Shown piece by piece: positions 58,264 to 64,000 of a stretch of 64,000 nt of DNA. Origin of the DNA: an uncultured virus (IMG/VR IMGVR_UViG_3300001544_000071) (lineage: Duplodnaviria; Heunggongvirae; Uroviricota; Caudoviricetes); the IMG/VR virus record IMGVR_UViG_3300001544_000071; one strand, given 5' to 3'. Position 1 is the first letter of the stretch, and every line of letters starts with the position of its first letter. Both the position numbers and the translations under genes were made by a program. Under the pieces are notes generated by a model. That model was not told where the DNA came from and did not search any database. It saw only the letters and a list, made by a program, of their open reading frames with translations.

Positions 58264-60110
58264 AAACCTACCCTCTTACTCCGGGCTTTTGATATACCCT
58301 GTTTCTTTGTGCCGGGGCCTTTGTGAGACACTTTCTCCATCGACTTCTGTTTCAAAGGGTCGTCATACGAATGGCCTTGCTTCTCTTTTGTCGAAGAAGC
58401 AGAAGAACTGTCCACTTCAAGACCGGCCATTTCCGCTTCGTGCGCTTCTTGCTCTCTTGCGTCAAGAATAGCCTGTCGTTCTTCAAGTTTAGCACGAAGT
58501 TCAGCGTCAATGTGTACAAGACCGCCGGATATTTGTTGCAGCATATCAGCACTGTCAGGCATCGGCATACCGCCGGCAACCATATCAAAGAAACCTTTAG
58601 ACGCTGCTGCAAGTACGGCTACCTTATCTTCAATATCGGTTATTTTCTGTTCGTCAAACGATATTTGTGTATACTCAATATGGTCAAGTACATGTTTATC
58701 CATGCCTAAAGCATTTATAACTTGTAGCATTGCGATAGGTTTAAGCTGTGCTTGTACCTCTGCGTACATAAGTCTGTTGGTTTCTTCCTGACGTGTCCAC
58801 GGGTCTTTGCTGGATTTACCGCCGCCAATACCTTTTTTCTCGACAGTAAATATAGCTTCTTCCAGCAACCCTGCTTTAGCCGCCAAGTCCTGTCTTACAA
58901 GCCTTGTTAATTCAGATACCTCACCAAAATCACGCTGTATGGCTTTAAGGTCGCCTATAACATCAAGGTTCACAGGATTAAGAGGTGATGCTTCGCGCAC
59001 TCTTATTGTATCTTCTTCCCCCATTTGGTCGAGTATCATTGAGCCTTCCATAGCCATTGGTCCGTCTACGTTGAATGTACGCGCCAACAATGACATTTGG
59101 TTTATCATTGTAGGGATAGACTGCATTACATTGTAGTAGTTAAAAACTGCTTCAATCCATCCGGGTATGTCCGATACTCCCCATCCCATATTAAGCAGCA
59201 CTCCCCAATATCCGGGCTGCGGTGCGGTGACGACACGCGCAATGCGGGAGGAGTGAACGTCTGTGCCGAGGAAAGGTATGTAAAAATATCGCGGCTTGCG
59301 GAAGTCTTCGCTTGTCGGGTTCCAGTTTGGAAAATGTACTGTATTCCAGCGGTCAAGTGTTACCCATCTGTCAATACAATCTTTTTTAATTAACCCATAC
59401 CGGGCTAATTGCTCCACAGGAAGCGTCATAGCGACAGGCGTATCGCCTTTGAAAAACGGAAAAAGGAGAGAACCGGAAAATACCAAGCTCTCCCGTAAGC
59501 TATCTGAAATAGCCTTGGCAAGTCCTGTGCGTATCATATCTCTTGCAATAGTTTCTAGCTGGTCAGCAGAATAAAATGGATTTTTTATATGTACGCCATT
59601 CAGTAACATTGATTTGGCTTTCTTGCCGATTATCACTTCCGGGATACCTTTTTGACTGTATACCGTAGCAGCCTCTCCCGGAGTTATGTAAAGGTTAGGT
59701 GAAACCCTACCTGCCTTTGCAGGGTCTTGTCCGGCCACACCTGTATTCCACATGTTATTTGAAATACCGCCCATTCTGCCGCCCGGATTGCCGGTAGCAA
59801 AATCACGAAAGCCTATAGCATCGGCTACGCGATTTACAACAGATGTGCCTTCTTTCAACGATGTATTTATTATAAGCCCAAGGTCAGCAGAACGAGCTTT
59901 AACATCATCAAGGCTATCAACTACGCGATTGATTTGCTTAAATCTTATACGGCACTCGTTTTCGATTATATCATTGATTTCTGTTTGTGTAGACATGGGA
60001 AGTCCCTTAAAGGAACGGTCATTGTTTATAACAACACTTCCGTCCCTTGTGCGAGAGGTAGTAGTTTTTGTGCGGTTAATCCGCGTCCAAACAGCACTCC
60101 ACCATGACAT
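58260..60110 (-). CDS. Portal protein (DUF1073-like)
   Basis: LDRW, VHSSRI, GWGVS motifs; synteny. Confidence 0.8.
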   Translation of the reverse strand: MSWWSAVWTRINRTKTTTSRTRDGSVVINNDRSFKGLPMSTQTEINDIIENECRIRFKQINRVVDSLDDVKARSADLGLIINTSLKEGTSVVNRVADAIGFRDFATGNPGGRMGGISNNMWNTGVAGQDPAKAGRVSPNLYITPGEAATVYSQKGIPEVIIGKKAKSMLLNGVHIKNPFYSADQLETIARDMIRTGLAKAISDSLRESLVFSGSLLFPFFKGDTPVAMTLPVEQLARYGLIKKDCIDRWVTLDRWNTVHFPNWNPTSEDFRKPRYFYIPFLGTDVHSSRIARVVTAPQPGYWGVLLNMGWGVSDIPGWIEAVFNYYNVMQSIPTMINQMSLLARTFNVDGPMAMEGSMILDQMGEEDTIRVREASPLNPVNLDVIGDLKAIQRDFGEVSELTRLVRQDLAAKAGLLEEAIFTVEKKGIGGGKSSKDPWTRQEETNRLMYAEVQAQLKPIAMLQVINALGMDKHVLDHIEYTQISFDEQKITDIEDKVAVLAAASKGFFDMVAGGMPMPDSADMLQQISGGLVHIDAELRAKLEERQAILDAREQEAHEAEMAGLEVDSSSASSTKEKQGHSYDDPLKQKSMEKVSHKGPGTKKQGISKARSKRVGL

Positions 60111-60113
60111 ATT

Positions 60114-60914
60114 TTACGCCTTCCTTAAAACAACACACTTTAATAATTTATCCAAACTAAGTATGCCCATACCATGAACAAAATCATTTTTCGTTACAAT
60201 CTGCGGCGCAGTATTCGGTATAGTAAACGACACAGGAATAGATATAGGTCCGTCAAGCCATACAATATTAAAAGGCTCTACTGCCCCACGGGATACCACT
60301 GACACAGGACCGGAACCAGTAGCATTAAATAACACAGAAAAGTTTGTATCATAAGCACCAGCAAAATCAGCACTCCAAACAAACCTAGCATATGCGCCAA
60401 AGTTTACGGGTGTTTCTGTGCTGCCTTCACCATTACACTGTAAGTAATGTTCAACTTCCCATCCGGGACTCCATAGTTCATGCGCTGCGTTCCCTAAAAT
60501 ATCGCGCAAATCTTCCAAGGGAGGTACGTTCACCATATCCACACGCCATCCGGCCAAATCCGTACCGAGTGGTATATCAGCTAACAAGTACTCTATAATG
60601 TCAACATCTAAAAGAGCTTCTGCTAACTGCTCCCACGACATATTAAAACTTTTACTAACACCAAACGCGGGAGCAGAAGAAATGAACTGGCTGAACCACT
60701 TAATATCATCGGGAGTTGCGCTGCCCCCGTAGATACGCGCAGCAACATCTTCAAACACAATGCCGTGCGCCGGCACGCTGATAAGTTTAGTGATTTCTCT
60801 AAAAAACAATGTTAACTGATGTTCCGGTATTAAACCCCATGTGACCTTTGTATTTAAGTCCGCACTTTTCCCTGCCTCGCGCAAGAAGGTATTCATCCAG
60901 TCCAAATATTTCAT
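60114..60914 (-). CDS. Hypothetical (possibly virion) protein
   Basis: ORF within the operon. Confidence 0.65.
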   Translation of the reverse strand: MKYLDWMNTFLREAGKSADLNTKVTWGLIPEHQLTLFFREITKLISVPAHGIVFEDVAARIYGGSATPDDIKWFSQFISSAPAFGVSKSFNMSWEQLAEALLDVDIIEYLLADIPLGTDLAGWRVDMVNVPPLEDLRDILGNAAHELWSPGWEVEHYLQCNGEGSTETPVNFGAYARFVWSADFAGAYDTNFSVLFNATGSGPVSVVSRGAVEPFNIVWLDGPISIPVSFTIPNTAPQIVTKNDFVHGMGILSLDKLLKCVVLRKA

Positions 60915-60915
60915 T

Positions 60916-61356
60916 CTACTGCCTTATCTTCAACCAGCCAAGAACACGTTCCATGCTCCACTGGCTTTCGTTTGCGCCGCCGGCTTGACCGCGCATAGCA
61001 GCTATACCGTTCTGGTCAAAAATAGTAATACCGCCTTGCCCATTGTCACTGGCAGTACAAATACCAACGTGTCCCCAACGGTTCGTTGCAGACGGCCCGA
61101 ACACAACAGTATCCCCCGGTTCCGGCCTCGCAGGACTTCCCTGTTGATACGGAATAGCTTCAAAGATACGCCGCGTAACCGGCCCGACATCAGTGTTGTA
61201 TCTGGTAAACAGACCAGAAGCTCCGCCATCAGCACCCAATCTTTCAAGTGTGGGCATCCCTAAAAAGCCTTCTGTATACTCGCGAAACAGCGCAACGCAC
61301 TGACCGTCACGGATTACTTTTCCGCGCCATTTGTTTACAAACTCTTGTATTCTCAT
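60916..61356 (-). CDS. CHAP-domain endolysin
   Basis: GQCVAL...PGD.VVF...WGHVGI...DQN...LGW. Confidence 0.85.
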   Translation of the reverse strand: MRIQEFVNKWRGKVIRDGQCVALFREYTEGFLGMPTLERLGADGGASGLFTRYNTDVGPVTRRIFEAIPYQQGSPARPEPGDTVVFGPSATNRWGHVGICTASDNGQGGITIFDQNGIAAMRGQAGGANESQWSMERVLGWLKIRQ

Positions 61357-61357
61357 A

Positions 61358-61726
61358 TTACCAATCTCCCCATTGCTGATTTTGCTGCTGGCCGCCGCGC
61401 ATTTGCTGTTGCTGCTGCGCGTTACCGCCGCTCATAGCTCTATTTATAAGCATCGGTATACCTTGGATAATCGCCTCATACCCAAATTGCATAACCGCCA
61501 AGCCCAAAGCAAACAAGTTCCATCCCCAAGTAACTGTACTGTTGATGAAAGGCATTTGCATAAGCACATTAAATGCAAGACATATAAGTCCCACAATCGA
61601 ATAGGTACGCCTGCGCTTACAGTTTACCCAATTTTTTAACCACTGTACAATCCCTATCGTTGCAATAGCCACAACAAGCACATGTGTTACAAGCACGGTC
61701 GTATCATACGCCATGATATTTTCCAT
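61358..61726 (-). CDS. Holin
   Basis: Three TM helices adjacent to the endolysin; two Met near the N-terminus. Confidence 0.65.
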   Translation of the reverse strand: MENIMAYDTTVLVTHVLVVAIATIGIVQWLKNWVNCKRRRTYSIVGLICLAFNVLMQMPFINSTVTWGWNLFALGLAVMQFGYEAIIQGIPMLINRAMSGGNAQQQQQMRGGQQQNQQWGDW

Positions 61727-61728
61727 GC

Positions 61729-62268
61729 TTACCTCCTGTCTTCTACCTCTGCCTCCGTTAAAGCCAAATCAATCTTAACACTCCGTAAAGTAGGCATTAA
61801 AGCTATTGCTACACGATACACTTCTGCATTGTTTACAGCAAAATCAACTACGTCTTTCGACACATCCCCATTTTGTTTTTTAGCTATGTATCTAAGACCA
61901 GCAAATAATCGTTCTGCCGCTTGTATATTGTCATTATAAAATACTAATTTTAACTGGTCAATTGCTATTTCATTAACGGTTTCCGTTAATTTATCAATGC
62001 GGTCTGACATATTCTGCAATTTTTCCCAAATCTTTTCCAAAGTTTCCTCATACTTTGCTTTTGTAGCTATATATTCTGTTTGGCATTTTGTATGCGGACA
62101 ATGTAGTGACGGCACATCAATTAAACTATTTGTCTGTGTATCAAACTCCAGCGGACCAAGTTTTCTTAACCTGCGCGCCAACCGCGTATTCTTAAATGTA
62201 AAAACAATAATAATCGACAATATTACAAGATACAACAAATAAGCAGAAAGAAAGTCATATAATGTCAT
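61729..62268 (-). CDS. Membrane-anchored coiled-coil protein (holin/antiholin-like)
   Basis: N-terminal TM plus coiled coil. Confidence 0.55.
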   Translation of the reverse strand: MTLYDFLSAYLLYLVILSIIIVFTFKNTRLARRLRKLGPLEFDTQTNSLIDVPSLHCPHTKCQTEYIATKAKYEETLEKIWEKLQNMSDRIDKLTETVNEIAIDQLKLVFYNDNIQAAERLFAGLRYIAKKQNGDVSKDVVDFAVNNAEVYRVAIALMPTLRSVKIDLALTEAEVEDRR

Positions 62269-62271
62269 TCC

Positions 62272-62700
62272 CTACCTCATTGCTTCAAGCCACGATAATC
62301 GGTCAACATTGCCAAGCCTGTCCGCCCATGCTTCTGTCCAACGGCTGTAATACCAACTTAATCGGTCAAATCTTGTTTTATGTCCGTGGAACCAACGGCT
62401 CCAAAGATTACAAAATATAGCAGAATAGATACCAATCACGATAAGATACAACGGTCCAAAATACAAAGATTGTTTGGAATGACCATATTCGTGCCTAATT
62501 GTCGTATAATCCTGCCGCCTAAGCAGAATATAATCCCCCAAAGACACCCCGGAAAGAAACCTTGAAATACGGCCTTTCGGCAGGAACAAGAACCAAGTTA
62601 TGTCATTTGTTTTATGTTTTGTTGCTTTTAGAGCGCGGATAAGGATAAGGGCTAAAATATGTTGCGGTAACTGCCAAATCCACAAAATTATACTGCGCAT
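62272..62700 (-). CDS. HExxH (HEYGH) membrane metallopeptidase-like protein
   Basis: WQLPQ...HEYGHSKQS...E.WADRLG. Confidence 0.75.
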   Translation of the reverse strand: MRSIILWIWQLPQHILALILIRALKATKHKTNDITWFLFLPKGRISRFLSGVSLGDYILLRRQDYTTIRHEYGHSKQSLYFGPLYLIVIGIYSAIFCNLWSRWFHGHKTRFDRLSWYYSRWTEAWADRLGNVDRLSWLEAMR

Positions 62701-62705
62701 GGTAA

Positions 62706-62735
62706 ATTATAGGGGTATGTATTATTTTTTGTCAA
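62706..62735 (-). promoter_or_regulatory. Consensus sigma70 promoter (probably leaderless transcript)
   Basis: TTGACA-N18-TATAAT, 5 nt before ATG 62700. Confidence 0.75.
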
Positions 62736-62741
62736 GTGCTG

Positions 62742-62776
62742 AAAAAGAGCCGTTTCCTGCGGAAGAAACGGCTCAA
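62742..62776 (-). terminator. Intrinsic terminator
   Basis: GAGCCGTTTC...GAAACGGCTC followed by TTTTT. Confidence 0.75.
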
Positions 62777-62836
62777 ACGAAAAAGGAGGAAACACGAAAC
62801 AGTCCACAAAACCAACGTACTTAAATTATAACAGAT

Positions 62837-63064
62837 TTAAGAAGGATTGTCAACAGGTACTTTATACTCCATTTTGTAATATCGAATTGTGTAGGCAATA
62901 GGTTTTATTGTCACATCACCGTCTTTTGTGGCAAGTTTGAACTCACCGTTAGGTAATTGCTCTATGCTTTTCAGACCGTGCATACCCACTTGGTCAACCA
63001 TTACGGCATTATTCGGCCAGAAACTTTCGACCGAAATGATTTTTTGTTTGTTTGATTTCGCCAT
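62837..63064 (-). CDS. Hypothetical protein
   Basis: AGGAG SD; extended -10 TGtTATAAT at 63086-63094. Confidence 0.7.
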   Translation of the reverse strand: MAKSNKQKIISVESFWPNNAVMVDQVGMHGLKSIEQLPNGEFKLATKDGDVTIKPIAYTIRYYKMEYKVPVDNPS

Positions 63065-63144
63065 CTTTTTGTCTCCTATGGGATAATTATAACAGAGAAG
63101 CAGAAGAAAACACAAGGGCGTTTCGAGTTGGTTTTGCATGATTG

Positions 63145-63882
63145 GCACACCCAAAACGGGCATACGCATACAGGGGGGAGTCATCATCATTTGATGGGGG
63201 GACACGGACATACTATACGTGTTCTTAGTACCGCTGCCGTAGAATGGGGTAGTGGCCTAGTTGCTATTATTGGTTCGGGAGCAGCAGCGCACTCTCATGG
63301 TATAGCAACGGCTATAACTCCTAATCTTGCTCGTTCTGTTTTTGCCACCGTATCCGGCAGTGTAGTCGTTGGAGGGACAGAGTTAGGCGGAGGGTCTACA
63401 AATACTTCTGCCGCGGATGCTACTGTAGGCAGTGCAACAGCAACAAACCAAAACACAGGTTCCGGCACAGCCCATAATAACCTTCAACCCTACATAACTT
63501 GTTTTATGTGGCGCAGGGTTAGCTAGTTCGTTTCCACATGTAGCAGGTAATAAAGGGCTGTAAATTATTATGTGCATTTCCGCTGCCGTTAGCCTGTATA
63601 GCTGGCGTTACCGTAGTCAATGCTCCTACGTTCGCCGCTCCGACTGCTGCATCAGATGAGCCGGTAGCCAATACAAAAGAGTTTGCGTTTGAAAAAGTAG
63701 GTCCTTGTCCGTTAAACAAAGATACAGACATCCTAATAAAACCAGTACTCGCACTTTGGTCAGGCCCAACCTGTACTCTGCGCCCTACACCCAACCCTTC
63801 CATAGCAATTACTGTATGGGAGTGTCCCCCACCGGTGTGTCCATGACTCCCCCCTGTATGCGTATGCCCGTTTTGGGTGTGC
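63145..63882. repeat. Putative invertible segment bounded by perfect 40-bp inverted repeats (63145-63184 / 63843-63882)
   Basis: GCACACCCAAAACGGGCATACGCATACAGGGGGGAGTCAT and its exact reverse complement. Confidence 0.9.
63146..63526 (+). CDS. Silent alternative tail-fibre C-terminal cassette
   Basis: Begins HTQNGHTHTGGSH at the repeat, ends HNNLQPYITCFMWRRVS; no credible start codon or SD. Confidence 0.8.
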   Translation, partial: HTQNGHTHTGGSHHHLMGGHGHTIRVLSTAAVEWGSGLVAIIGSGAAAHSHGIATAITPNLARSVFATVSGSVVVGGTELGGGSTNTSAADATVGSATATNQNTGSGTAHNNLQPYITCFMWRRVS

Positions 63883-64000
63883 GTATGACTCGGCATCTGC
63901 GCTACGGTTAAGGTGTGTGTTGCTGCACCGCCGAGTTGTTCTACGTTCTGAAACTGTGCGTTACCTTCATCAACACCAACTGGCACACGCCCATTGCCCC
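63519..64000 (-). CDS. Tail fibre (HxH needle type), 3' end; start lies beyond the window
   Basis: GGAATHTLTVAQMPSHTH...HNNLQPFITCYMWKRT signature. Confidence 0.85.
   Translation of the reverse strand, partial: GNGRVPVGVDEGNAQFQNVEQLGGAATHTLTVAQMPSHTHTQNGHTHTGGSHGHTGGGHSHTVIAMEGLGVGRRVQVGPDQSASTGFIRMSVSLFNGQGPTFSNANSFVLATGSSDAAVGAANVGALTTVTPAIQANGSGNAHNNLQPFITCYMWKRTS

Larger units (their letters stand above)
1..64000. mobile_element. Tailed bacteriophage genome (partial), contractile-tailed
   Basis: Portal, protease, capsid, sheath, tube, tape measure and baseplate on the - strand; PolA, primase and helicases on the + strand; no host housekeeping genes. Confidence 0.95.

Noticed and set aside
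58260..60110. Anti-CBASS Acb1
   Set aside because: DUF1073 proteins are sometimes labelled this way, but size, motifs and position indicate a portal
63145..63184. gix/hix site or DGR TR/VR pair
   Set aside because: CCAAAAC-TACAGG spacing is 11 nt versus 7 in gix; the repeats are inverted and identical rather than A-mismatched; no RT
1..64000. Alternative genetic code or terminase-less phage
   Set aside because: Genes are intact in code 11 using all three stops; the genome continues past the window, so the terminase is probably outside it

Overview
This window is most of a tailed dsDNA bacteriophage genome with a contractile (myovirus-type) tail. A Spirochaetota (Treponema-like) host is inferred from a spirochaete-type SSB and a FlgM-like ORF. 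Layout: (i) 1-1.6 kb is a non-coding, repeat-rich region containing an ~820-bp degenerate palindrome; (ii) 1.6-3.7 kb holds leftward genes, including a probable divergent sigma factor; (iii) 4-30.7 kb is a rightward early/replication arm (many small unknown ORFs, dNTP diphosphohydrolase, PD-(D/E)XK nucleases, HNH, SSB, AEP primase, UvrD, PolA, TOPRIM protein, VRR-NUC, a split SNF2 helicase, thioredoxin), whose first 11 kb carries a conserved TGTC(T/C)CA-N10-TTATTGCCTATAT promoter-like motif; (iv) 30.6-64 kb is a leftward structural/lysis arm (spanins, tail fibre, baseplate, tape measure, frameshifted chaperone, tube, sheath, neck, capsid, protease, portal, CHAP endolysin, holin) ending in an invertible-looking tail-fibre tip cassette. 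No terminase, integrase, invertase, reverse transcriptase, tRNA or CRISPR array was recognised. Most notable: the two-state tail-fibre cassette bounded by perfect 40-bp inverted repeats, a possible sigma/promoter/anti-sigma circuit, an SNF2 helicase split into two genes in reversed order, four nested domains in the tail sheath, and the giant degenerate palindrome. All functional calls come from motif recognition and synteny by eye; no database searches were run.
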